Positions 30,926 through 40,767 are shown, numbered from the stretch's first letter. The stretch: DNA of 64,000 bases from an uncultured delta proteobacterium (GCA_963845515.1 CAWJSR010000028.1:32001-96000), one strand, 5' to 3'. Notes: generated by a model not told the origin, from the sequence alone. Program-made: numbers and translations.

Positions 30926-32194
30926 ATGGACAAGCTTACCCTGACGAAGCTGAAGGAAGCGATTACCGGTCCGTACGCCGCATTCCGCTCATTGACTCGT
31001 CTCGAGCCCGCGGGCGGGCCCTCGGACAAGCTGTTCCCGCCGACATTCGTGAAGGAGGGCAACAGCGAGACGAAGTATGCGATCGAGCGACGACGCATCG
31101 GCGGACGCGAGGTCAGCGTGGTGCTGCTCGACTCGGTTGCGTCGCAGGCGAACCGGATGGAGGAGGCGTTGCTAGCGGCATGGAGGAGCGGCGAGCTCGA
31201 CTTCCCGCTCGTCCAGGTGGACTTCTCGAAGCAGGAGGGGCTCGACGATCTCGAGCAGATCTCCGCCCTCCAGGCGCCCCACCGGATCGCGGACGCGATC
31301 CTTCGGGACAGCGTGCTCGGCGGAAAGCCGTTCCGCCACACCGCCGTGGGTACGGCATTCACCGAGTCGAGCCCGACCCGTGCGACCGGCATGTACCAAC
31401 ACTGTCCCACCGCGCTCGTCTTCGGCGTTTGGGACAGCACCGGTCCGAAAGGCGGGCTCGGCGCCAAGTTTCAGCGTTGTCTGACCTCAGAGATCATCGG
31501 ACTGGATGCCATCACGGGCGTGAAGACCGCGAGCAGGATCGACCCGCTCAGCATCGAGCGAAAGGCGGGGCCCGTTCTCCAGAAGAAGGGCGATCCGATG
31601 GAGTGGACCTTGGACGAGAAGGAGGCCGAGAAGGACAAGAGCGGCAAGCCGGTGCCGTTCAAGGGCGGCAAGGAGAAGGGACTTCCGTCAGCGATCAACC
31701 ACGGCAACATCCCTCCCAGCCTCGACTTCGAGGCGGGCGGAGTCACCATCTCCCAGGCCGTGCAGACGGTGGTGATGTCGCTCACCGGCCTCAGACGGCT
31801 CCGCTTCCCCACGGACACGCAAGGGAAGCCGTTCCCGGCCGAGGCGAGGGCTCTGGCGGAGCCCGCGGCGAGGACGGCGCTGGCGGCGCTGGGGCTCGCG
31901 GCAGTCGTCTACCAACGCGAGAACGGCTACGACCTTCGCTCCCGCTGCGTGCTCGTGGGCATGGAGCCCCTCTGCTTTGAGCTTCTTTCGAACGACGGTG
32001 CCCCGCCGGCCAGGCTCGCCCTCGATCGCGCGGGAGCCCAGGCCCTTGTGGCCGAGGCGCAGCTCGAAGCGAAGAAGGCTGGTCTCGGGTGGGATCGCGG
32101 CCCTGTAAACCTCGAGCCTGCCCCCAAGCTCGTCCAGCTCATTCGCCATAGCCGAGACCTCCTCAGGGCCGGAGAGGCCGAAGCGGAGGCCTGA
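30926..32194 (+). CDS. cas7: Type I-G CRISPR-associated Cas7 (Csb1/Cas7g)
   Basis: LEPAGGPSDKLFPPT, VLLDSVASQANRMEEAL, APHRIADA, PTALVFGVWDS, YDLRSRCVL; RBS GAGGTG. Confidence 0.93.
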   Translation: MDKLTLTKLKEAITGPYAAFRSLTRLEPAGGPSDKLFPPTFVKEGNSETKYAIERRRIGGREVSVVLLDSVASQANRMEEALLAAWRSGELDFPLVQVDFSKQEGLDDLEQISALQAPHRIADAILRDSVLGGKPFRHTAVGTAFTESSPTRATGMYQHCPTALVFGVWDSTGPKGGLGAKFQRCLTSEIIGLDAITGVKTASRIDPLSIERKAGPVLQKKGDPMEWTLDEKEAEKDKSGKPVPFKGGKEKGLPSAINHGNIPPSLDFEAGGVTISQAVQTVVMSLTGLRRLRFPTDTQGKPFPAEARALAEPAARTALAALGLAAVVYQRENGYDLRSRCVLVGMEPLCFELLSNDGAPPARLALDRAGAQALVAEAQLEAKKAGLGWDRGPVNLEPAPKLVQLIRHSRDLLRAGEAEAEA

Positions 32195-33825
32195 TGTTCG
32201 CCATCGAGGTCGAGTTGCTTACCGGGCGCTACGTGGCGAGCCGGTACAACGACCGCACACGCGCCGAGTGGCCCCCGCATCCTGCGCGGCTCTTCTCGGC
32301 GCTGGTCGCGACCCACTGCGCGAGTCCGGATCGGCCGGCCGCGGAGCGCGAGGCCTTGCTCTGGCTCGAACGGCAAGGCGCTCCGCATATTCGGGCGTCG
32401 GCTCCGGACGAGATCGCCGAGCGGGAGGCGTACACGGTCTTCGTGCCGGTGAACGATCCCGACGTCGTCGGGACCTTCGACGAGGAGGGTCAGGAGCTCG
32501 CCGCTGCGCTTGCGGCCTCCACCGACAAGAAGGCGGAGACGAAAGCGAAGGCGCTGGAGAAGAGGCTCGCCGACAAGATTGCCCGTGCGATCGCGCCGGG
32601 CAAGCTCAGCCGCGAGGGCGCGAAGACGGCAGCGAGCATCGTCCCAGAGACGCGGATGCGTCAGGCACGGACCTTCCCGTCGGTCGCTCCAGAACATCCC
32701 ACGGTCCATTTCATCTGGTCGGAGGCGGACGCTGACGAGGGGACCAGGGCGGCGATCGAGACGCTCGCGGCGAACCTCGTCCGGCTCGGCCACTCCTCGT
32801 CGCTCGTCCGTGCCCGGGTCGTCGACTCACCTCCCGAACCAAACTGGCGCCCGGACGAGACTGGCGAGCACAGGTTGCGTGTTGTTGGAGAGGGCCAACT
32901 TGCTGCCCTGGATGATGCCTTCGAACGACACCGAGAGACCCAGCCCAGGGTCCTGCCGGCGCTGTCTCAACGGTACACGACCCGACGGGCGAGCGCAGTG
33001 GAGGATGTACCCAGGTCCGTGTTCGGGGAGGACTGGCTCGTCCTCCGCCGCAGTGGCGGGCCTCTTTTTCCGGCCGCCTCCACCATCGGCATTGCACGGA
33101 GCGTCCGCGCCGCGCTGATGAAATACGCACCCCAGCCTCCGCCCGAGCTTCTGACCGGACACGCGGAAGACGGGAGCCCGGCCCAGCGCACGCACCTGGC
33201 CATCGTTCCGCTGCCCTTCGTCGGCCACGCGCGGGCCGACGGCAGCATCCTCGGCGTGGCGCTCGTTTCCCCACGCACCCTGGCCGCCGACGAGCGCCGG
33301 ACGCTCTTTCGCGCGCTCTCGGCGTGGGAATCCGAGCACCGGAAGGAGGGGGAGGCGTCGCCGGCCATCCCCGTGTACCTGGGGAACGCAGGGGAGCTCT
33401 ACCTGACCAGGCTCGACGAGATCGCGGAGCAGGCCACGTTGCGCCCGTCGACGTGGAGCGGCCCCGCGAGACGCTGGGTGAGCACCACACCGGTAGCGCT
33501 CGATCGCCATCCGGGTGACCTGCACGACAGGAATCCCGAGCGAGCGGCCCAGGCTGCCGCTGATGCGCAGGAGACGCTTCGACTGGCGGTGACGCACATC
33601 GGCCTGCCTCGGCCACGCGGCGTGACGGTATTGCCGGCCGCCCCGCTTGCTGGGGCGCCCAAGGCGAAGCACTTCCCGGCGTTCCCGCCGGAGCCCGGGC
33701 GGCAGCGGCGCGTGCTCGTGCACGCCGCGCTGGAGTTCGAAAACAAGGTAGAAGGTCCGATCCTCCTCGGCGCGGGCCGCTACCTGGGCCTGGGCCTCTT
33801 CCGGCCGGTGCACGGCGATGACTAG
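32194..33825 (+). CDS. csb2: Type I-G Csb2 (Cas5-Cas6 fusion)
   Basis: EWPPHPARLFSALVA, LGHSSSLV, PLPFVGH, WVSTTPVAL, C-terminal Gly-rich GPILLGAGRYLGLGLF. Confidence 0.93.
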   Translation: MFAIEVELLTGRYVASRYNDRTRAEWPPHPARLFSALVATHCASPDRPAAEREALLWLERQGAPHIRASAPDEIAEREAYTVFVPVNDPDVVGTFDEEGQELAAALAASTDKKAETKAKALEKRLADKIARAIAPGKLSREGAKTAASIVPETRMRQARTFPSVAPEHPTVHFIWSEADADEGTRAAIETLAANLVRLGHSSSLVRARVVDSPPEPNWRPDETGEHRLRVVGEGQLAALDDAFERHRETQPRVLPALSQRYTTRRASAVEDVPRSVFGEDWLVLRRSGGPLFPAASTIGIARSVRAALMKYAPQPPPELLTGHAEDGSPAQRTHLAIVPLPFVGHARADGSILGVALVSPRTLAADERRTLFRALSAWESEHRKEGEASPAIPVYLGNAGELYLTRLDEIAEQATLRPSTWSGPARRWVSTTPVALDRHPGDLHDRNPERAAQAAADAQETLRLAVTHIGLPRPRGVTVLPAAPLAGAPKAKHFPAFPPEPGRQRRVLVHAALEFENKVEGPILLGAGRYLGLGLFRPVHGDD

Positions 33826-36735
33826 TCTCTCCGTCCGTTCGTTCCGCACCTTCTTCCGCGCGATAAATGGGTGCGATCCCTTCCCGTGGCAGGGGCGTCT
33901 GGTCGAGCAACTCCACGAGACCGGCCGGTGGCCGGAGGCACTCGATCTTCCTACCGGTACCGGCAAGACGGCCGCCCTCGACGCGGCCGTGTTCCACTTG
34001 GCTCTCGAGGCAGGCAAGCCCGAGCGCCGGGCGCCGATGCGGATCCTGTACGTCGTCGATCGGCGGACGATCGTAGACCAGGCGCACGAGAGAGCGAAGC
34101 GGATCCAGGCGGCGCTCCGGAGGCCGACCGACCCCGTTCTTGCCGCAGTGAAGGAACGGCTCTGCAGGCTCTCCGGGGGAGAGACACCGCTCGGGGTTGC
34201 GGTCCTCCGGGGCGGGATTGCGCGCGACGACGGTTGGGCGCGCGCGCCGGACCAACCGCTCATCGCCGTCTCGACCGTCGATCAGGTCGGCTCTCGGCTG
34301 CTCTTCCGCGGATACGGCGTCTCGGAATCGATGCGGCCCGTCCACGCGGGCCTGCTTGCGAACGATGCGCTCCTTCTGCTCGACGAAGTCCATCTCTCCG
34401 AGCCGTTCGTAGAGACGCTCGATCAAATCGCGGGACGCTACATGCAGTGGCCCGAGGTTCAGCTCCCCAGACGCTGGCAGTGGGTCCCCATGTCGGCGAC
34501 GCCTCGGTCGATCCGAAAGGGCGCCCTCAAGCTCGGCGAGGATGACGAGCGACACCCGGTCCTCGCGCGCCGCCTCACGGCTTCTCGTCCCGCCAGGTTG
34601 CGCGAGATCGCAGCACGTGGGGAGGGAGAGGCCGCTCAACGCGCTTTCGCGGGCGCGCTCTGCGAGGAGGCGCTCGGGATGGCACGCCCAGGGCGGGCCG
34701 TTGCGGTGGTCGTGAACCGGGTCGCAACTGCGAGAACCGCCTTCGGAATGCTTCGGGATCGGCTGGGACCACGGGCCGATGTGTGGCTTCTCACCGGGCG
34801 CATGCGACCCATCGAGCGTGAGGAACTGGAGCAGCGACTTCGACTGAGGGTCGGTGCTGGAAGGATACGCACGGCCGACGAGCGCCCTGCGGTGGTCGTC
34901 GCGACCCAGTGCATCGAGGCGGGCGCTGATCTGGACTTCGACGGGCTGGTCACCGAGTGCGCCAGCTTGGACGCGCTCAGGCAGCGCTTCGGGCGGCTGA
35001 ACCGGCTGGGCGATATCGACGACGCCGAGGGCGCGCTCCTGGTTCGCAAGGATGCGCTCAAGGCGGATGACCCGATCTACGGAGCGGCGCTGGCGAAGAC
35101 CTGGGCGTACTTGTCGAAACTGGAGAAGGTCGACTTCGGCCTGGATCGGTTCCGGATGCCCGCGAGGAAGGATCTTCCGGACCTCCTTCCACCAGTCGAT
35201 CGCGCACCGGTGCTCCTGCCGGCTCACCTGGATGCATGGGTTCAAACCGCGCCCATCCCCGCCGTCGATCCGGACGTGGCCCTCTGGCTTCACGGACCGG
35301 AGCGTGGCCAGCCCGAAGTTCAAATCGTTTGGAGGGGTGACTTGTCGGAGGCGATGCTCCTCGACCCTGGGCAGGAGGCGCGGGCGGTCGAGCGCGTCGA
35401 GAGCTGCCCGCCCTCGACGCCCGAGGCGATCACGGTGCCGCTGTTCGCGGCTCGGCGTTGGCTCGCGCGGGCAGAGGATTCGACTGCGCTCCCGGACGTC
35501 GAGGGCTCCCGGACTCCCGACGACGGTGTACCCCTGCCGCATTCAGCCAGGAGAGCGCTCGCTTGGAGGGGAGACGAGAGCCCGGTGGTTGAGGCCCGTG
35601 ACGTCAGGCCCGGCGACACCATCGTGGTTCCTGCCGAGTACGGGGGCGTCGCGGATGGGAACTGGGCGCCCGACTCCACGACGCCTGTCCTCGATCTTGG
35701 CGATCAGGCATTCGCTGTCCGCCGCGGGAAGGCTCTCATCCGGCTCCATCCTGCGCTGCTGGCTGCGTACGCGCCGGCCACGGAGGACGGCGGGCCCCCC
35801 AGCTGGGCGTCGCCTCCTCATCCGCCGGTGGACGACGACACTGAGGTCGAGGAAGCCGCCCTTCCCGCTTGGTTGGAACTCGTTGCCAACGCATCCGCGC
35901 CGCCCTGGCTGAAGGAGGCTGCCGGCGCGCTTTCTCGCGAGATGCGGAGCACACGCCCCCCGCGCCTCCTCCGGCTGAGAGGGGGAGCGGACCAGGGCCC
36001 GCACTTCGTGCTCGTGGGACGAGCGCCGCTCCCCCGCGCGTCGGGCGCCACTGACGGGCCGACGACCGAGGACGACACCGCCTCCTTCACCGGCGCCGGA
36101 GTCGCACTTCACCGGCACCTGCGCGGCGTGTCGGAGTTCGCCCGCGCCTACGCCGTGGGCAGCGGTCTGCCCGCAGACCTCGTGGACGATCTCGCGCTGG
36201 CGGGGCAGTGGCACGACCCGGGAAAGGCGGACCGGCGATTCCAGGCCATGCTCCGCGGGGAAGCGCATACGCCGCAGAGGTCGCGCCGGAGCCGCTGGCT
36301 AAGTCGTCGATCCCGGCGGCGGACCGAGCTACGCGAGTGGCCGCGCGCGAGCGGGCTGGGTATCCGAGAGGCGCACGCCACGAGCTGGTCTCGCTGGCCC
36401 TGATAGGGGGCTCAGAGGAGTTGCGTGCGCAGGCGCACGACTGGGATCTGGTGCAGCACCTCGTCGCGTCGCACCACGGACACTGCCGCCCCTTCGCGCC
36501 GTTCGCCGAGGACGTGAACCCGGTCGAGGTCGTCTTCAGCGATGGACCGGTCGAGCTGCGCGCCTCCAGCGCTCATGGACTGGAGAGCCTTGGATCGGGC
36601 GTGAGCGACCGGTTCTGGAGGCTCGTACGGAGGTACGGCTGGTTCGGGCTCGCGTGGCTGGAGGCCATCCTCCGGCTCGCCGATCACCGCCGCAGCGAGC
36701 GGGAGCAGCGCGGCGAGAAGGAGGAGGCGTCATGA
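33818..36735 (+). CDS. cas3: Type I-G Cas3 (N-terminal SF2 helicase, C-terminal HD nuclease); frameshift in G-run at ~36257-36260
   Basis: PFPWQ, LPTGTGKT, VVDRRTIVDQ, LLDEVH, SAT, TQCIEAGADLD, QRFGRLNR; HD part LHRHL...WHDPGK continues in the next frame with RHELVS, HLVASHHG, LEAILRLADH. Confidence 0.9.
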
Positions 36736-37643
36736 CCCCCTTGCTCCTCACCGGGCTGGATGGCACGAACCCACTGGGCTTTCTCGCTGCCCTCGGCGTG
36801 TTGAACGTGCTCACCGACGCCGCACCCGCCGGTGTGGCGCCGACGCTCGCCTGGACGTACCGGGGCGCGTGGCGGCCGGTCGTCTCATCCGGCGAGACGC
36901 TCACTACTGAGGCCTTGGTCGAAACGGTCATGGCCGACTTGGCGACGTGGAAGAAGGAGCCCGCGATCGACTTGGAGTACGACGGGGTTCGGGACCTGAA
37001 GCCCCCGCCCGCGATCTATCGCGCGTACCTGGAACGACTTCTCGAGAAGGCGGGGCCGAGCAGCCGGAGGAGCGTCGATGTCGCCGCCGCCTTCGCGACG
37101 GACGTCGCGGTCGACGGCAGTGGCAACACCAAGCCGACGGCTCTTCACTTCACCGCGGGCCAGCAAGAGTTCCTGGGGATGGTGAGGGAGCTCGTCGGGG
37201 GGACTACGGAGGAGGATGTTCTCGAGGCGCTGAAGGGCCCCTGGCGCTACGCCAAATCGCTTCCCGTCCTCAAGTGGGATGCGACGGTGTTCCGCGACTA
37301 CGCGCTTCGCGCCGGGGACCCGTCCAAGGAGGCGCCGACCGGTGTACCCGGTGCCGACTGGCTCGCGTTTCGCGGTCTCCCGTTCATCCGTGTTGTGCCG
37401 CGAGGAAGACAGGTCCTGACCACCGGATGCTTCGGCGCGTGGAAGACGGGAGGCTTCCGTTGGCCGCTCTGGTCGGCGCCGCTCAGCCAGGAAACAGTTC
37501 GCTCGGTGCTCGCCGTCCCGAGGCTGCCGATGATGGAGGAACGCGAGCGCCGCGCTCGCGGTATCGCCGTAGTGTTCGAGGCCCGCATCCGACGGTCCGA
37601 TCAGGGAGGGTACGGCAACTTCAGCCCAGCCTCGGTCGTCTGA
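36732..37643 (+). CDS. Type I-G small Cas8-like (Csb3 / Cas3-extension family) subunit, 303 aa
   Basis: ATG overlaps the cas3 stop; LTGLDGTNPLGFLAALG N-terminus; ALHFTAGQQEF, GADWLAFRGLP, FRWPLW; position in a I-G operon. Confidence 0.75.
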   Translation: MTPLLLTGLDGTNPLGFLAALGVLNVLTDAAPAGVAPTLAWTYRGAWRPVVSSGETLTTEALVETVMADLATWKKEPAIDLEYDGVRDLKPPPAIYRAYLERLLEKAGPSSRRSVDVAAAFATDVAVDGSGNTKPTALHFTAGQQEFLGMVRELVGGTTEEDVLEALKGPWRYAKSLPVLKWDATVFRDYALRAGDPSKEAPTGVPGADWLAFRGLPFIRVVPRGRQVLTTGCFGAWKTGGFRWPLWSAPLSQETVRSVLAVPRLPMMEERERRARGIAVVFEARIRRSDQGGYGNFSPASVV

Positions 37644-37789
37644 CGCGCAGACAGCAACGTCCTCGTTGTCGCGCTGCCGGCGCTCTCGTGACCGGGAAGT
37701 CACTGGGCCCTTACCGGGAACACGGCCGGCGACAAGCTTGCCTGCTCGGTTCTGCCCGACAGGCCGATCAGAGACTGCCTCTATGGCGA

Positions 37790-38119
37790 CCAACGGCAAG
37801 GAGAAGTAGACCGTGATCGACCCACGAGCGGCCGAGTTGGCTCTCCGACGGGAATTCAAGGACGTGCGGACCATGCAGGACGCGGAGCGCGGCGCAGCGG
37901 AGCGATTGGAGCGAAGGCTCGCGAGCGTGGAGGACGTTCCCATGGTCGAGGACCCTGGCCCCCGAGGAGGAGACGCCCGACTTTCAGCACCTGGCGACCG
38001 CGCTGCGGTTCCGCCTCGTCCGAGCGGTCGAGCACTGGCGGGGTAACACGGACCTGACGCTGACCGCTATCATCATGCGCGCCGTCAAGGAGAGCGCGCT
38101 GGCGCGCGGCGACCATTGA
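37790..38119 (+). pseudogene. Degraded C-terminal fragment of an unidentified gene
   Basis: Protein-like stretches VIDPRAAELALRREFKDVRTMQDAE... and, after a frameshift, EETPDFQHLATALRFRLVRAVEHWRGNTDLTL...; in-frame stop upstream. Confidence 0.3.
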
Positions 38120-38354
38120 AAGGCAGCCGCCGGTCGGCATACAGCTCGGCCTCGTCACCTCGTTCGGGCAGCTCGTGGAGGATGATCCCCGCGATCCTGG
38201 GTCGCGGATGCGTGCGGTACTGCTCTATGACCGGCGCCAGTTGCTGTCGGATGATCGCGGACCGCGACGTGCCCCGCACCTTTGCCGCGCGGGTGAGGAG
38301 CGCATCCATGCCCGGCTCGAGCATGATCGTGGTCGCCTTCAGGCGAGAGCTCAC
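38085..38354 (-). CDS. Second CopG/ribbon-helix-helix antitoxin-like protein
   Basis: GTG overlaps the RelE stop; KATTIMLEPGMDALLTRAAKVRGTSRSAIIRQ is an RHH pattern. Confidence 0.65.
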   Translation of the reverse strand: MSSRLKATTIMLEPGMDALLTRAAKVRGTSRSAIIRQQLAPVIEQYRTHPRPRIAGIILHELPERGDEAELYADRRLPFNGRRAPARSP

Positions 38355-38626
38355 CGGCCCTCCCGGGTGTGCCACACGCGCAGGATGAAGATGTTCGACG
38401 CCCGGACCTCGTAGCGCAGCTCGTAGTTGCCTACGAGAACGCGGCGGACCTCGCGCGGGTCGTACTGTTCGAGCTTCTCGCCGATGCGCGGCTGCTCGGG
38501 GAGCCGGCTCGCGACCAGGGTCAGGGCCTGCAGGACGCGGGCCGCAGCGCGCCGGTTCACGGGCGCCAGGAAGTCATGCAGCCGGGAGAGATCGCCCACG
38601 GCCTTGCTCGTCCACGAGACGGTCAT
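38351..38626 (-). CDS. RelE/ParE family type II toxin
   Basis: MTVSWTSKAVGDLSRLHDFL...PRIGEKL...VRRVLVGNYELRYE...ILRVWHTRE. Confidence 0.9.
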   Translation of the reverse strand: MTVSWTSKAVGDLSRLHDFLAPVNRRAAARVLQALTLVASRLPEQPRIGEKLEQYDPREVRRVLVGNYELRYEVRASNIFILRVWHTREGR

Positions 38627-38886
38627 CGCCGGGGCGGCGGACGCGGCTTCTTGGAGTCGAGGCTGTCGGCCCAGGCCTGCACCGCCTGGTGGTCGATGAC
38701 GTGGCCGGCATCGACGTCTGCCAGCGCTTCCAGCGTCAGGCGGTGTCGCTCTTCCTCCTGGCCGACCCAAGCTGACAGGGCCTGCTTCACGATCCAGCCG
38801 CGAGAGCGCTCCAGGCGGCCAGCCAGCTCGTCAACCTTCTTGGACAGCGACAGCGGCACGTGCGCCGTCAGCACCTTCGTCTCCAT
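38623..38886 (-). CDS. CopG/RHH antitoxin
   Basis: METKVLTAHVPLSLSKKVDELAGRLERSRGWIVKQAL...LEALADVDAG; stop overlaps the toxin ATG. Confidence 0.9.
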   Translation of the reverse strand: METKVLTAHVPLSLSKKVDELAGRLERSRGWIVKQALSAWVGQEEERHRLTLEALADVDAGHVIDHQAVQAWADSLDSKKPRPPPRR

Positions 38887-38916
38887 GCGGCCACCCCGTG
38901 GCAGGAACAATCAAAG

Positions 38917-38948
38917 TGAATCGTAACGAGCGTGTCTGAATCGGTCAA
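38917..38948 (-). promoter_or_regulatory. Sigma70-type promoter of the TA operon with repeated GATTCA (candidate autoregulatory operator)
   Basis: Minus strand TTGACC-17 nt-TACGAT; GATTCA occurs twice (plus-strand TGAATC at 38917-38922 and 38937-38942). Confidence 0.65.
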
Positions 38949-38993
38949 GGAACCCCACGAATGGGGAGGTGCGAACAGCGGCCCCGCCGAGCC

Positions 38994-39026
38994 GTGACCA
39001 GCCCTGACGCACATGCCCACTAGCCT
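38994..39026 (+). promoter_or_regulatory. Putative WYL-regulated promoter GTGACC-N5-TGACGC-N10-TAGCCT upstream of cas4-cas1
   Basis: Same spacing and sequence pattern as 29357-29389; 37 bp before the cas4/1 ATG. Confidence 0.55.
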
Positions 39027-39063
39027 GCCTCCTGAGCGCCATGCCGGCGCGAGGAGAACCACC

Positions 39064-40761
39064 ATGCACCTGGGAGCCGACGAGGCCGTCGAGGTCGGGC
39101 AGCTCATGCCCGTCCGCATGCTGAACGAATTCACCTACTGTCCACGCCTGTTCTTCCTGGAGTGGGTCCAGGGCGAATTCGTCGACAACGAGTTCACCGT
39201 CGAGGGGCGCGTCGCGCACCGGCGAGTCGACGCGCGCGCCGGCGCGATGCCGGCCCCCGAGGAGAAGGAGCCATTCGAGGTGCGCTCGGTGGCGCTCTCG
39301 TCGGCGCGGCTCGGACTCTCCGCGAAGATCGACGTCGTCGAGGGGGAGGGCGGCGCGGTCTGCCCGGTGGACTACAAGCGCGGCAAGCCTCCGCCGAACG
39401 ACCTCGGGGCGCACGAGCCTGAGCGCGTCCAGCTCTGCGCCTACGGGCTGCTGCTGAACGAGCATGGTCACGACTGCCAGCGAGGCATCCTGTACTTTGT
39501 CCAGGCGAAGACGCGGGTCGAGGTGGAGTTCGACGAGCCGCTGCGCGCGCGAACGCTCGAGCTGCTCTCGCAGGCGAGGGAGACCGCCGCGGGCAGCACG
39601 CTCCCCGCGCCTCTCGCGGCGAGCGCGAAGTGCCAGGGGTGCTCGCTCCACGGCGTCTGCCTCCCGGACGAGGTGAACCTCCTGGCGCGGGAAGCCGCCG
39701 AGACGAGCGCCCCCGCGGCGGAGCCGGTTCGGCGCCTCGTCCCAGCCCGCGACGACGCGCAGCCGCTCTATGTCCAGGAGCAGGGAGCGCGGATCGGCCT
39801 CGACGGCGACGTCCTCGAGGTCCGCAGCCGCGAGCAGGGGGTCATTGGCAAGGCGCGGCTCTTCGAGCTGTCACAGCTCGTCGTGATGGGCAACGTGCAG
39901 GTCTCGGCCCAGGCGATCCGGGAGCTGTGCGGTCGCGCCATCCCGATCTGCTGGATGAGCTTCGGTGGATGGCTCTCGGGCTTCACCGACGGGCTCGGGC
40001 ACAACAATGTGGAGATCCGTCGAGCACAGTTTCGCGCGGCGGAGGACGCTGGCGCCGCGCTCGGGCTCGCGCGCCGCTTCGTCCGGAACAAGATCGCCAA
40101 CTGCCGCACGCTGCTGCGGCGCAACCATCCCGATGCGCCCGGGGCGACGCTGCGCGACATGAGTGCGCTGTCGGAGGCGACCGAGACCGCAGCCGGGTTA
40201 CCGGAGCTTCTCGGGATCGAGGGCAACGCCGCACGCCTGTACTTCGAGGCCTTCCCAGCGCTGATTCGCGCGCCAGGAGGGGGCGCGCTCGCATTCGACT
40301 TCACGACCCGCTCGAGGCGGCCGCCCAGGGATCCGGTGAACGCGCTGCTGTCGTTCGCCTACTCCCTCCTCGCGAAGGACCTCACTGTGACGGCGCGCGC
40401 GGTGGGGCTCGACCCGTTCCTGGGCTTCTACCACCAGCCGCGGCACGGACGGCCGGCGCTCGCGCTGGACCTGATGGAGGAGTTCCGGCCGATCATCGCC
40501 GACTCGGTCGTGCTCAACGCGATCAACACGGGCGTCGTGACGGGCGCGGACTTCGTGCGGAGCAGCCTCGGTGTGGCGATGAAGGCCGAGGGGCGCAAGC
40601 GGTTCATGCGCGCCTACGAGCGGAGGATGGAGGAGGAGGTGACCCACCCGGTCTTCGGATACCGGATCTCGTACCGGCGAATCCTCGAGGTGCAGTGTCG
40701 GTTGCTCACGCGCCACCTGCTTGGCGAGATCGCCAGCTACCCCGAATTCCGGACTCGGTAG
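39064..40761 (+). CDS. cas1: Cas4-Cas1 fusion (type I-G adaptation)
   Basis: Cas4 YCPRLFFLEW, KIDVVE, PVDYKRG, QLCAY, CQGCSLHGVCLP; Cas1 LLGIEGNAARLYF, RRPPRDPVNALLSFAY, GFYH, LALDLMEEFRP; RBS GAGGAG. Confidence 0.96.
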   Translation: MHLGADEAVEVGQLMPVRMLNEFTYCPRLFFLEWVQGEFVDNEFTVEGRVAHRRVDARAGAMPAPEEKEPFEVRSVALSSARLGLSAKIDVVEGEGGAVCPVDYKRGKPPPNDLGAHEPERVQLCAYGLLLNEHGHDCQRGILYFVQAKTRVEVEFDEPLRARTLELLSQARETAAGSTLPAPLAASAKCQGCSLHGVCLPDEVNLLAREAAETSAPAAEPVRRLVPARDDAQPLYVQEQGARIGLDGDVLEVRSREQGVIGKARLFELSQLVVMGNVQVSAQAIRELCGRAIPICWMSFGGWLSGFTDGLGHNNVEIRRAQFRAAEDAGAALGLARRFVRNKIANCRTLLRRNHPDAPGATLRDMSALSEATETAAGLPELLGIEGNAARLYFEAFPALIRAPGGGALAFDFTTRSRRPPRDPVNALLSFAYSLLAKDLTVTARAVGLDPFLGFYHQPRHGRPALALDLMEEFRPIIADSVVLNAINTGVVTGADFVRSSLGVAMKAEGRKRFMRAYERRMEEEVTHPVFGYRISYRRILEVQCRLLTRHLLGEIASYPEFRTR

Positions 40762-40767
40762 GGCGCG

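Noticed and set aside
32711..35542. 943-aa minus-strand ORF and similar long ORFs (e.g. 114..1199, 15563..17572, 23071..25236, 53125..55365, 55372..57894)
   Set aside because: Shadow frames of well-supported genes in high-GC DNA; Arg/Pro/Gly-rich with no motifs
33818..36735. Helicase-first, HD-last Cas3, plus the Cas4-Cas1 and Cas5-Cas6 fusions, as novelties
   Set aside because: All are standard hallmarks of subtype I-G
38951..38980. CCCC-ACGAAT-GGGG hairpin before cas4/1 as a possible CreA-like degenerate repeat
   Set aside because: Only a 4-bp stem, no TTGAAGC handle and no partner repeat
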